Shown: piece by piece, positions 1-9,520 of the stretch
Numbering within the stretch: position 1 is the stretch's first letter
How the letters are laid out: each line of letters starts with the position of its first letter
Source of the DNA: an uncultured bacterium
GTDB lineage: Bacteria; Babelota; Babeliae; Babelales; Babelaceae
Assembly: GCA_963717435.1 (NCBI GenBank)
Contig: OY970332.1
Location: 768,001 to 832,000, forward strand
Reading direction: 5' to 3'
Length of the DNA stretch: 64,000 nt
Translations under genes and position numbers: made by a program
The notes under the pieces: generated by a model
The model's database searches: none
Told to the model about the DNA's origin: nothing
The model's input: only the letters and a program-made list of their open reading frames with translations

Positions 1-180
1 GAGCGTATTTTCCCTATGCAATCACCACTTGTTGAATCAATTAAGTTTGTAAGAAGTGGTAAGGTTAGAAGAGCTAAGCTTTATTATATGAGACACAGAG
101 TTGGTAAAGCTTCAAGAGTACAAGAAAAAGTTATGACAAAAGAGCAAAAAGAGCAAAATACAGCAAATAGAGCTGCATAA
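1..180 (+). CDS. rplS: 50S ribosomal protein L19, 3' part (truncated by window)
   Basis: Frame 1 reads [31 protein letters not shown]...*, containing the L19 signature [10 protein letters not shown]. Confidence 0.95.
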   Translation, partial: ERIFPMQSPLVESIKFVRSGKVRRAKLYYMRHRVGKASRVQEKVMTKEQKEQNTANRAA

Positions 181-204
181 ATTCCCAATCTGGGGTTAAT
201 TATT

Positions 205-675
205 TTGTACTTTCATAATCTTCTTCGTATTTTTATCCTGATATTAATACTTGCCGGGTGCGAAAAAAAGCGCCCGGTTAAGTTGCAGTTTATCGATCAA
301 GCTCGGCTTGTTGATATCCCAATTCCGCCCAGCGTCAATCCTATAAATTTAAATCACAAAGCAAATAGTAATATTAATAATCACAGTGAGAATATCACTT
401 CTGACAATAATAACTCTGCTAGCAAAGTTATATCTCTAAAATTTAACTCAAAATTATCTTTTTCTTGGCTAAAAAAATTCTATCTAGAACAGATGGAACT
501 AGCTGACTGGCAGCTTGCTTGGACAGCACCAGCGCAGCAACAAACTTCTTTTATTTTTCAAAAACCCAATCGTGTCTGTAATATTGTTATAGAAAATCTT
601 GATCAAGATTTTTCCGGAACAAGCAATAAAACAAATTTGGGATGTGAAGTCAGACTAATTTCCGGGCCGCTATAA
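205..675 (+). CDS. hypothetical lipoprotein
   Basis: 156-aa ORF; hydrophobic N-terminus ending in lipobox-like LAGC. Confidence 0.7.
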   Translation: MYFHNLLRIFILILILAGCEKKRPVKLQFIDQARLVDIPIPPSVNPINLNHKANSNINNHSENITSDNNNSASKVISLKFNSKLSFSWLKKFYLEQMELADWQLAWTAPAQQQTSFIFQKPNRVCNIVIENLDQDFSGTSNKTNLGCEVRLISGPL

Positions 676-695
676 AAACTTATATAAAGCTTAAT

Positions 696-2201
696 TTACT
701 TCTTAATCTCTTTAAACTCTACATATTTTTCTTTAATCAAGCCTTCTTGCAAAGCTTTAGGCAATAATTCAAAAACTGTTTTAAGTTTTGGATAAGAAAT
801 AATAAATGCAAAATTATTTTTAGTCTTTAATGTTTCCTGTTCTTTGCGATTGTTTAATATGGCCTCAAATAATAAGATGGCAGTCATACCATTTGTTGTT
901 CTAGTCAGTTTTTGAAACTCTTTATTAATATCAAATACTCCGGCAAAATTCCATACTTTGATATAACCGCTATAGCAGCCCGCAATTGCAATATTAGTTT
1001 CTTTGTTCCAATCGATAGTCTCTACATCACTTTCAGTCTTCAAAACTGCTATGGGATTATTATCCAATATTTTTTTATCATCTGAAACACGCCACACTAA
1101 AACCGCTTTCATGTTGGAATCCATACAAAGTACAAATTTGCTATCCGGGCTCCAAGCAATTCCATTTTTTGTAGTTGAAAAATTATCTGAGTGACCCTTA
1201 TATTTTTTCAACGATTCAGGTATTTTTGAAAACTTTGCGATAGCTCCATTTTTTTCTACGTCAAAGATCTTGATACCGCCTTCTCCTGCAGCCATAAATA
1301 TATATTTTCCATTAGGGCTGGCAAAGATTTTTGTACCATACCCCAATGACTGAAAAGTTTGTTTTTTAGATTGGTTATTAATATCGTATATAGTATCATA
1401 TACGAGTATTGAATTGTTGTTTACCCAGGAAATATTCGTATTAGAACCTACATCAATTTTGTCTAATGCTTTAATTAGATTTGGATTTTTAATATCTGAA
1501 AAGTCCCATAATTCTATGCCATTTGGAAAACGTTCATACAAAATTAGTGCCATGTGATTCTGCTTGTTAAAACTTACTTCTTTAACTTTTTGAGCTATGT
1601 TATATCTAAAAATTTCTATTGGATTTTTAGGATCTTTCATATTTAAAATTTTAAAATAATTGTCACATCCTAAAAAAAGATAATCCGCAGGGAGCCATTT
1701 AAGCGCGCTAATTTTATCATGGCCGTTATTAAAAATTTTCAGCTCTTTTGGTTCTATTGATGATAAATCCCATATTTTCATGAGAGCCCTATTTGAGTAA
1801 GCAGTGGCCGCATATTCTCCATCTGGGCTTATGCTAACAAGATCTGCTATTCCATGATCCATAGCTTTGACATAATACTCTTCTACAGAATTCAATGACA
1901 GCTGAAACGCTTTCAGAGTTAACGGGCTATCAAGAACAGATAAATATTGTTCCATTACCCTTTTATTAACTTCAAATAGTTTTGGCTTGTCTGTCCAGTT
2001 AGTTTTCAAACTCCAAATGAATTTTTTTTCTTCGGGTGTGCCGACTGGCAGACTTTCAATCGTCTCCTGTTTTACTGCAAAAAAAGAATTTACATATTTC
2101 TTAAGATTGTCAAAATTAAAACCCATGCCGCTTAAAGAGATATTTAAAAAAACAATCGAAACAATAAATATTTTTTTAAATAACAAACTTAACTGTTTCA
2201 T
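696..2201 (-). CDS. secreted WD40/beta-propeller protein
   Basis: Signal peptide; repeated ISPDG, WSPD, KIWDL, ELWDF and KVWNF WD-type motifs. Confidence 0.85.
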   Translation of the reverse strand: MKQLSLLFKKIFIVSIVFLNISLSGMGFNFDNLKKYVNSFFAVKQETIESLPVGTPEEKKFIWSLKTNWTDKPKLFEVNKRVMEQYLSVLDSPLTLKAFQLSLNSVEEYYVKAMDHGIADLVSISPDGEYAATAYSNRALMKIWDLSSIEPKELKIFNNGHDKISALKWLPADYLFLGCDNYFKILNMKDPKNPIEIFRYNIAQKVKEVSFNKQNHMALILYERFPNGIELWDFSDIKNPNLIKALDKIDVGSNTNISWVNNNSILVYDTIYDINNQSKKQTFQSLGYGTKIFASPNGKYIFMAAGEGGIKIFDVEKNGAIAKFSKIPESLKKYKGHSDNFSTTKNGIAWSPDSKFVLCMDSNMKAVLVWRVSDDKKILDNNPIAVLKTESDVETIDWNKETNIAIAGCYSGYIKVWNFAGVFDINKEFQKLTRTTNGMTAILLFEAILNNRKEQETLKTKNNFAFIISYPKLKTVFELLPKALQEGLIKEKYVEFKEIKK

Positions 2202-2349
2202 TTACTTATTTCTCTTATTTTTGGTTAATGACAAATTTATAAAACATTTAATTTTATTATTAGCAGTTCTCTTTTTGGATAACAAGAGTTTTTTGGATAA
2301 AATTTTGCGCCCACCAACTTTTAGGCCAGTGAGCGCACAGTTTATTTAT

Positions 2350-2673
2350 CTATCTATAATATCTTCCATGGTGGTAATACCCTGGGCCATAATAGCCTGG
2401 TCCATAACCATAACCAACGCTTACGTATGGGCCACCATAATACCCGCCGCCATAATATCCGTCATAATAATCATCAGGATAATAACCGTAATCTCTGTTT
2501 CTTTCTGCTGCTGAAGCTATTGCGCCACCGATTATAGCACCGCCGATAAGACCACCGGCAACTGCTCCACCAGTACCAGCTTTTATTTCATTACCACTTG
2601 TTGTAGCTATAATCAGCCCAAGTGCCAATAAAACTTTATTTAACTTACTCGATTTTATATTCTTCATCTTCAT
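2350..2673 (-). CDS. small secreted Gly/Tyr-rich protein with glycine zipper
   Basis: GGAGG RBS; signal peptide; GGAVAGGLIGGAIIGGAIA then a GYYG-rich tail. Confidence 0.75.
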   Translation of the reverse strand: MKMKNIKSSKLNKVLLALGLIIATTSGNEIKAGTGGAVAGGLIGGAIIGGAIASAAERNRDYGYYPDDYYDGYYGGGYYGGPYVSVGYGYGPGYYGPGYYHHGRYYR

Positions 2674-2715
2674 AATAACCTCCGTTTTTATATTATTATT
2701 TTTTAATTATCTTAA

Positions 2716-3030
2716 TTATCTTCTAGTATCTACCGTTCCTGGTCCACGTTTGTTCTTGTCATAGTACCATTCTCTTGTTGAGTATTCTCGTCCCTTTAAA
2801 GTTGGGTTATCAAAAACACTATTATCAAAACCGCGCGAGTAGTTTGATCTAACTGGATCGCCTATGCCGGGAGCAACTGGGTAATTTTCACTTTCGGGAG
2901 TGTTGGGCAAGTCACCGTTTGTTGATTGAGCCGCGGTCTCTCTTCTAGAAATATCTTTTGAATATAGTCCTGAGACTGACGCTACTAGTCCAATAAAAAT
3001 AAAATTTGCTATTATATTTTTGAAATTCAT
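2716..3030 (-). CDS. small secreted hypothetical protein
   Basis: GGAGAG RBS before ATG 3030; signal-peptide-like N-terminus. Confidence 0.65.
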   Translation of the reverse strand: MNFKNIIANFIFIGLVASVSGLYSKDISRRETAAQSTNGDLPNTPESENYPVAPGIGDPVRSNYSRGFDNSVFDNPTLKGREYSTREWYYDKNKRGPGTVDTRR

Positions 3031-3060
3031 ATAACTCTCCAATTTTTAACTTTTTTATAA

Positions 3061-3306
3061 TTAATAAACTGGCTTTTCACCAATTAATGTCTGTTGCTGT
3101 TGAATCGCAGCCGATTCAGGGTATCCAAAATGGTGATGAACCTCATTTTCTTCCCTATCTGCTTCGTTATAATAATTTTTAGGAGGCATGTTTATAGCTG
3201 CTCCCCTATATCTTCTACACTCTGATTTGATACCTGAAGACAAAAAAGCCAGGTATAAAACAGCTGCAAAAACACCTAATTTTATTATTTTGAATAACAT
3301 GGTCAT
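3061..3306 (-). CDS. small secreted hypothetical protein
   Basis: GAGG RBS; hydrophobic N-terminus; co-oriented with neighbouring small genes. Confidence 0.6.
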   Translation of the reverse strand: MTMLFKIIKLGVFAAVLYLAFLSSGIKSECRRYRGAAINMPPKNYYNEADREENEVHHHFGYPESAAIQQQQTLIGEKPVY

Positions 3307-3598
3307 AACCTCTCAGTTTTGATACTGGTTCGAATACCAGTTTTTCTATATTTTCTACTATATCTATAGTTTCAGGTTAGCAGAATAAAGCTTGGAAAAT
3401 CAATGGTTTTTCAGGTTTTAGCTGTTTTGGCAAATTTGAACCTGTTTTTTGGCAACCCGAATTATAAAAACTTTTAATGGGTTATACCGACTTAAGACTT
3501 AAAAAGTCTGATATAGTAAAAGCGAGTCTTTTACCAGTAAACTTTGTCTTCTGGCATTAAATTTTTCATAACTACTCTTTTTTTTAACAAATAATTTT

Positions 3599-4774
3599 TT
3601 ATAAATTTTTATACAGATTAGCATGATCGCTAATCATTTTTGAATAATCAAAATCTGTTAAGTTTTCTTCGAAGTTTTTTAAACTATCATACAGTTTTCT
3701 GTTTGTGCTTATCTCAAGCATGCCATCAGCAAGTAGCTCCCATTTTTTTTGTGGATATAAATATCCATTTTTGCCATTAATTATGACATCAGATATTCCC
3801 CCGGTGTTATAAGACAAAACTGGAAGCTTAAGTAATCTCGCTTCGATAACCGCACATGGCAGCCCTTCCCAAAGTGAGCTTAATACAAAGCTATCCCAAT
3901 TTTTCATAAATTTAGCTACATCGTGTTGCCAGCTGTGCAAAATAACAACATCCTTCAGATTATATTCTTGAATTTTTTGTTCGATATCTTTTCTTAATAC
4001 CCCGTCGCCGATAATCTCTAATCTTATATTATTATTTTTTTGATAAGCACAGTTAAACGCTTCTATGAGATCTAACAGGTTTTTTTGTGGCTTGAAGCAT
4101 GAGATCGACCCGAATGTGAAGTTGGCGCCATCCCTCGATACATTTTTCTCCGTTTCACTACGAAAAACACTCGGGACGAGCGGGGTGCTGGCAAAATCTA
4201 CTAGAAACTTGTCAGAATCGACAGCGGCGCGTATTAGAGCATATTTTTTCTTGAAACCGGGGATAAGTTTATTTCCAGTTTTAATATCATGGGAAGAGAC
4301 ACAAACAAATTTTGTTGTTATCAGCCCAGTTAATAACTCCGGGATATATATCAAGAGCCATTTTAAATAATTTTGATGCTCATGAAAGCCGTAGCCATGA
4401 ACAGTGTGAACCCTGTTTTTTATTCCTGCAAATAGTGCTGCCCAGCGGCCAACTATACCAGCTTTGGTGCTATGCGTGTGAACTATAATATTGGGGTTAT
4501 TTTTTTTAATTTTTCTCAGCTCTTTAATTAAAATAAAAAAATTTTTTATTTCCAAAAAAATAGCTTTAAAAGAAATTTCTCTTTTAAAGCTATCCAATAA
4601 AATTATATTTTTGTCAGATTTGACACTATCACTTAAGAGTCCATCAGAGCCAGATATTAATATAGTCTCAAAGTTTTCTTTTCTTAAGCCATCAAGCAGA
4701 GCAAGACAAACTTTTTGCGCACCGCCAAGTTCAAGTTTTGTGATTATATAAACTACAGTTTGATTTTTTTGCAT
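3599..4774 (-). CDS. glycosyltransferase family 4 (GT-B), carrying an in-frame palindromic element in the interdomain linker
   Basis: GGAQ, HTHSTKAG, HTVHG and SLWEGLPCAVIEA motifs. Confidence 0.92.
   Translation of the reverse strand: MQKNQTVVYIITKLELGGAQKVCLALLDGLRKENFETILISGSDGLLSDSVKSDKNIILLDSFKREISFKAIFLEIKNFFILIKELRKIKKNNPNIIVHTHSTKAGIVGRWAALFAGIKNRVHTVHGYGFHEHQNYLKWLLIYIPELLTGLITTKFVCVSSHDIKTGNKLIPGFKKKYALIRAAVDSDKFLVDFASTPLVPSVFRSETEKNVSRDGANFTFGSISCFKPQKNLLDLIEAFNCAYQKNNNIRLEIIGDGVLRKDIEQKIQEYNLKDVVILHSWQHDVAKFMKNWDSFVLSSLWEGLPCAVIEARLLKLPVLSYNTGGISDVIINGKNGYLYPQKKWELLADGMLEISTNRKLYDSLKNFEENLTDFDYSKMISDHANLYKNL
4128..4184 (-). repeat. palindromic element copy 1 (in-frame in GT4 gene)
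   Basis: Minus strand reads CCGCTCGTCCCGAGTG-TTTTTCGTAGTGAAACGGAGAAAAA-TGTATCGAGGGATGG; encodes PLVPSVFRSETEKNVSRDG. Confidence 0.9.
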
Positions 4775-4820
4775 AGCACTCTACCACTTTTTTTTATTAC
4801 TCTTTTTTGTAAAAAATATT

Positions 4821-5777
4821 TTAAATATTAAAAACAAGCATCAACATAGTAGCACCGAAACAGTATACAGCAGAAGCGTCTATAAAGCCCTGTGTGAGTA
4901 TACTCGACTTTGAAATAAGAGAATAAAGTTCAGGTCTTTTTGCAAGTTGGTTGCACGCAGCAACGGCAGTTTTTCCTGAAGCGATTCCACAACCTAATGG
5001 CCCGATGCCCATTAAAAGTGCCATGGCCAAAAACACAAACGCGCTAATCGGTGTGATATTAAAATTTACAGTTGCTAAAATTGCGCTTGTTATTAGTGAG
5101 AATAAAACAGGAGTTTCGATCATCGCCTGGCTGATAAAAGTAAGAGAAAGAATTTTCGGGTAAGCCAATCTGTTATAGCTGATCCCGTCGTATGCGCTTT
5201 GCGCAAATTTGCTTATCCCAATTAATGGCCCAATAGAACCAAGGCCTATACAGAGCCCGCTAGAAAACAGTTTAACTGCGTCATGTATATTTGTTATAGA
5301 ATTTATTTTGCTTACAATTATTGCCGCCACAATAAATCCAAAAATAAACGAAGTTTGCAAAATCGATAAACTTAGTAGCATTAAGTTTGTTATTTTCTTG
5401 CTCAAAAATGGCTGTCTTGAAATAGCATAAATTGCTCTTTGGGCAGGTTTTACTGAAACCAAACTTGCTGTTAATCCTGTAAAAATTAATGCAGCTGCAA
5501 CGCCCAGTTCAGCAAAAATTGTATATATGTTTGCCGGATTTTTTAAAACAAATAAAAGCGCCATCGATAAAACCATACTTAATACCGCGCAGGTTTCAAG
5601 TAGGCCCATGGCAATTAAAGACAAGGTTCTTAAATCGTTTTTTGCAGCTGGCTGGATATTAATTGCATCAACAGTTGTTGTAGCAATTTCGCCCTGTCCT
5701 TTTGCGACGGCCCAAGAATTAACTATGAGTATAGATAAAATTATTAAGTAGTGAATTAACTGAAAATACTCTGTCAT
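4821..5777 (-). CDS. atpE: F0 ATP synthase subunit c, four fused c hairpins
   Basis: Four ~80-aa two-TM repeats with loops IQP/RQP/YNR/KRP and carboxylate positions E61, Q141, E221, D300; ATGA overlap with atpB. Confidence 0.88.
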   Translation of the reverse strand: MTEYFQLIHYLIILSILIVNSWAVAKGQGEIATTTVDAINIQPAAKNDLRTLSLIAMGLLETCAVLSMVLSMALLFVLKNPANIYTIFAELGVAAALIFTGLTASLVSVKPAQRAIYAISRQPFLSKKITNLMLLSLSILQTSFIFGFIVAAIIVSKINSITNIHDAVKLFSSGLCIGLGSIGPLIGISKFAQSAYDGISYNRLAYPKILSLTFISQAMIETPVLFSLITSAILATVNFNITPISAFVFLAMALLMGIGPLGCGIASGKTAVAACNQLAKRPELYSLISKSSILTQGFIDASAVYCFGATMLMLVFNI

Positions 5778-6499
5778 TTGGGCTCCTCTTGAACAAGTAA
5801 AGCTAAATTGGTTAACGAGATTATTGAGAACACAAATGATTGCAAAAAGCCCTCAAAGATTATAAAAAAAGCGGTAATTATAAACGGGATCCCAAAAATA
5901 GATGTGATTAAGTGCCCTATAACGGACCCTGAAACGGCTTTGTTATACATGGTCACAATAATCGCTCCGCCAAAGATATTACCAAACAATCTAAAAGAGA
6001 GTGACATTATTGTCGCCAGTTCCCCGATTATATTCAAAAATACCATGGGCGCAAATGGCGAAAAATAGTGGTGAATATAAGCATATAGCCCATTTTTCTT
6101 TATAGAAGCAATTTGGATATAAAGAAAAGTTATAATAGCAAGCGCCAGTGTAGTATTGAGGTCTTTTGTGGGTTCTTCAAGTTCAGGAATTAAAGCTATC
6201 CAGTTGCATGCCAGAATAAATAAAAAAATCGAAGTGATAAAACTAAAATAATTAAAAGAGAATTTGCCAACAGACTGCTGGATCATGGTCATGAAGTTTA
6301 TTACTATATTTTTTGTAATAAATCCCGCCACAGTCTCTTTTTTGTATAAAATAAGATACCTGCCCAAAATCCCCAGGGCAAGTAAAATTCCCATGGCGAT
6401 CCAGGTATTGATTAGTGTTTCACTGTTTAATATAGCAAATATGCTTTTTATATTTGCCAGTTGCCACTGGTGCGTCCCAAATATTTGGATGCCTTCCAC
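5774..6499 (-). CDS. atpB: F0 ATP synthase subunit a
   Basis: PTKDLNTTLALA, SLSFRLFGNIFGG (essential Arg) and FLQSFVF motifs. Confidence 0.95.
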   Translation of the reverse strand: MEGIQIFGTHQWQLANIKSIFAILNSETLINTWIAMGILLALGILGRYLILYKKETVAGFITKNIVINFMTMIQQSVGKFSFNYFSFITSIFLFILACNWIALIPELEEPTKDLNTTLALAIITFLYIQIASIKKNGLYAYIHHYFSPFAPMVFLNIIGELATIMSLSFRLFGNIFGGAIIVTMYNKAVSGSVIGHLITSIFGIPFIITAFFIIFEGFLQSFVFSIISLTNLALLVQEEPK

Positions 6500-6609
6500 G
6501 CGTAGCCTCTTTTTGATAAAGATTTAATCAGACTGAAAATTAATTTTTATTCTGATCCTAATTATAAGTTTATTTATTTTTCGACGCAACAAAACTGTTT
6601 AAATAATCT

Positions 6610-7983
6610 CTAAAATATCTTATCCATAAAGTAACTTATTATTCTCGAGCCAAATCTATATGGCGGGTATCTGAATGGCAGTTCAAATCTTCCGGACCTA
6701 ACTACGGACTTATAATTGGAAAAAGTCTCGAAGCTTGTCTTGCCATGATATCTGCCAAATCCACTTTGTCCAACCCCACCAAATGGCAGGTAAACTGAAC
6801 CCGCATGGGTTAAAGTGTCATTTATGCATATGGCACCGGAGCTTGTGTTGTTTATTATCTTGTCTTGAGCTTCTATATTTTCAGTAAAAATATAAATAGC
6901 CAGCGGCTTGGGGTTATTTTTAATATAATTTATAGCCTGATCTATATTTTTGTAACTTATTATTGGCAAAATGGGCCCAAAAATCTCACCATCAAGATTA
7001 GTTTTGATTATAGTGGGCGCGATATACAAATTTGATTTATTAGAATTTCCACCAAAAACTATTTCTGTGTTCTGGATAAAATTATTTAATCTATCAAAAT
7101 GCTGCTCGTTAATAATTTTGCCATAATCCGGGCTCAATTCTGAGTTTCTGCCAAAAAATTTTTTAATATATTTTTCAATTTCAGAAATAAGCTTTTCTTC
7201 AATATCTTCATGAACCAGAACATAATCTGGTGCTATGCAGGTCTGACCAGCGTTTAAAAATTTCCCCCAAGCTATTTTTTTGGCAGCTTTTTTAATATCA
7301 GCATCGGGTTCGACTACGCATGGGCTTTTTCCTCCAAGCTCTAACGTTAATGGCGTTAAATTTTCAGCAGCTGCGCGCATCACAATTTTGCCCACATTAC
7401 TGCTGCCCGTGAAAAATATATAGTCAAATTTTAAGCTTAATAGATTTTGTGCAACTTCATGATCCCCTTCAATTACGCAGACATAGTTTTCCTGAAAAGC
7501 TTCTTCTATAATTTTTTTTAATACTTTACTCGAATTTGCTGATATTTCTGACGGCTTTAAAATTACGCAGTTACCGGCAGCGATTGCGCCAATAACAGGA
7601 ATCAAAGACAAGGCAAAAGGGTAGTTCCATGGCGAGATCACTAAAACGAGTCCCAGCGGCTCTGGGGTTATGGAGCTTTTTGAACCAAAAAGTGAGCTGG
7701 GCGTTTTTACTTTTTGCGTACTTGCCCAATCGCAAATATTATCGATAGCGTGTTCTATCTCTTTTTTTATCTGATAGATTTCTGTGATATAACTTTCAAA
7801 ACTTGATTTTTTCAGATCAGAATTTAAAGCATTAAAAATCTCTTTTTTATATTTTTTTAAAACTTTTTTTAATCTCGTAAGATTCTCAACTCTGAATTCT
7901 ATGGGTTTTGTTCTGCCTGAGGCAAAAAACTCTTTCTGGCTGTTATATATATTTTCTATTTCTATATTCACAGATTCTCCCAA
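6610..7983 (-). CDS. NAD(P)-dependent aldehyde dehydrogenase (ALDH3-like)
   Basis: SPWNYP, KPSE, FFTGS, LELGGKSP, NAGQTCIAPDY, EIFGP and PFGGVGQSG motifs. Confidence 0.95.
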   Translation of the reverse strand: MGESVNIEIENIYNSQKEFFASGRTKPIEFRVENLTRLKKVLKKYKKEIFNALNSDLKKSSFESYITEIYQIKKEIEHAIDNICDWASTQKVKTPSSLFGSKSSITPEPLGLVLVISPWNYPFALSLIPVIGAIAAGNCVILKPSEISANSSKVLKKIIEEAFQENYVCVIEGDHEVAQNLLSLKFDYIFFTGSSNVGKIVMRAAAENLTPLTLELGGKSPCVVEPDADIKKAAKKIAWGKFLNAGQTCIAPDYVLVHEDIEEKLISEIEKYIKKFFGRNSELSPDYGKIINEQHFDRLNNFIQNTEIVFGGNSNKSNLYIAPTIIKTNLDGEIFGPILPIISYKNIDQAINYIKNNPKPLAIYIFTENIEAQDKIINNTSSGAICINDTLTHAGSVYLPFGGVGQSGFGRYHGKTSFETFSNYKSVVRSGRFELPFRYPPYRFGSRIISYFMDKIF

Positions 7984-8020
7984 CTTGTTTTTAATTTTTT
8001 TAATAGTATACGAAAAATAG

Positions 8021-8068
8021 AAAAACTAAAAATAGCCGGGGTTTTATTCCCAGCTATTTTTAGTTTTT
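8021..8068 (-). terminator. intrinsic terminator-like hairpin downstream of the folC-like gene
   Basis: AAAAACTAAAAATAGCCGGG...CCCAGCTATTTTTAGTTTTT inverted repeat 30 bp past the stop. Confidence 0.65.
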
Positions 8069-8098
8069 TAAAATTTAATTAAAAAATTTAAAATCTAG

Positions 8099-9520
8099 TT
8101 AAAATCTCTTGATACCTTTTTGAACCCAGTATTTATTAACAATAGATACTGAACCCGTGATAACAACAAGACCATATTTTTCATCAACAGATTTTTTCGC
8201 AATATCAAACGCTTCTTCGAAGTTCTTGCAAGATTTTGCTTTGATCTTCATAGCTTTCAAATCATTGGCAACTTGTTCAGTGTCCCACGATGAATTTTCA
8301 TTTGCGCTAACTAATCCATCTTCTGTTGGGCAAAGTAATAACTGACCAGAAGTCTTCTTGAAGAAATATCTTATTAGCTTTAAAAATTCTTCGTTATGCA
8401 TAGAATCTTTTGTTGCTGCCATAATAATGGTCAGCCCCTTAAGTGAACGTTGATAATGCATTAATCTAATACCAAGTAAAAGATTTTTTAATGCGTCAAC
8501 GTTACTAGCCGTATCAAGTAATATAGTCGGCTTTTCTTTATCAAGCACCTGGAACCTAGCAGGTAAATCTGTTACCGTTTCGTTCCAAAGTTGCTCAACT
8601 GTTCTTTTCGGATTTAGTTCTTGTTGTCTTTTTGCTTCCAAAGATGGACGGCCACGTGTTCCTTTTTGTTTTGAAAGTAAACTATCAGCAACGACAACTG
8701 TGTCTTTATTAAATATTTTTTCTACAAAAAGCTGAGCGATTCTTTCAGCTAGTGCTGCACAACGACCATGAAGTTGTTCAAACGGATAAGAAAGAGCAGC
8801 CAATTTTCTTATAGGCATCGCCCAATTTCCACCATTTGCAACCGTAAGATTGTGCATCATTTCAAGATGTTCTTTGTTTTGATCACCGGAAACCAGCCAA
8901 GTATCTTTTTTGACAATACCGGTCATAGATTTAATTGCCTGATTAAGTTCGTCAGCAGAAGTTTTTGTATCTTCTAATGTCGCTCTTGTAATTGCTGCAA
9001 CTTTTGCTTGGCAAATATTTGCTGCATCAAATTGTCCGCTATTAACTTCAAGTAGTGCAACATCGATCTTATTTTCTGCAAAATAAGAGATTGCCATCAT
9101 AGTTAATATTTCATATGAGCTTGATTCAATATTTTCAGCTTCAGCTGTGTTTATAACTTCGTTACCAATTTCAGCAAATACTTTATTTGATATTGTCTCG
9201 CCAGATAGAGAAATTCTTTCATTATATGTAAGAATATGTGGAGAGTAGAAAGCGCCAACTTTGAGACCTTCTGCTTTTAATAGTTTAGAAGCAAAATTTA
9301 GTGTTAAGCTCTTTCCATTTGTTCCTGCAACTAATACAGCTGGAACTTTTTGTGCCAACCCACCAAGAGCCGCATCCAATTTTTTCATTCTATCAAGAGT
9401 CTTTGAATCGGAATTTGTTGTCCAATGAGCGTCCAAATAGTCCACAACTTCATTGTATGTTCTTTGTTTGCCGATGTTCAGACCAGTTTTTGTGCCAGTC
9501 TGTTTGCGAATATCTATCAT
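8099..9520 (-). CDS. divergent FolC/Mur-ligase-family protein (folylpolyglutamate synthase-like)
   Basis: VAGTNGKS P-loop, YSPHILTYNERI, DVALLEV, PARFQ..ILLD and VVITGS; several canonical residues altered. Confidence 0.8.
   Translation of the reverse strand: MIDIRKQTGTKTGLNIGKQRTYNEVVDYLDAHWTTNSDSKTLDRMKKLDAALGGLAQKVPAVLVAGTNGKSLTLNFASKLLKAEGLKVGAFYSPHILTYNERISLSGETISNKVFAEIGNEVINTAEAENIESSSYEILTMMAISYFAENKIDVALLEVNSGQFDAANICQAKVAAITRATLEDTKTSADELNQAIKSMTGIVKKDTWLVSGDQNKEHLEMMHNLTVANGGNWAMPIRKLAALSYPFEQLHGRCAALAERIAQLFVEKIFNKDTVVVADSLLSKQKGTRGRPSLEAKRQQELNPKRTVEQLWNETVTDLPARFQVLDKEKPTILLDTASNVDALKNLLLGIRLMHYQRSLKGLTIIMAATKDSMHNEEFLKLIRYFFKKTSGQLLLCPTEDGLVSANENSSWDTEQVANDLKAMKIKAKSCKNFEEAFDIAKKSVDEKYGLVVITGSVSIVNKYWVQKGIKRF

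Noticed and set aside
1987-2514. 175-aa + strand ORF and the many other antisense ORFs in the track
   Set aside because: They overlap better-supported genes on the opposite strand, have no RBS or motifs, and show typical shadow-ORF composition.
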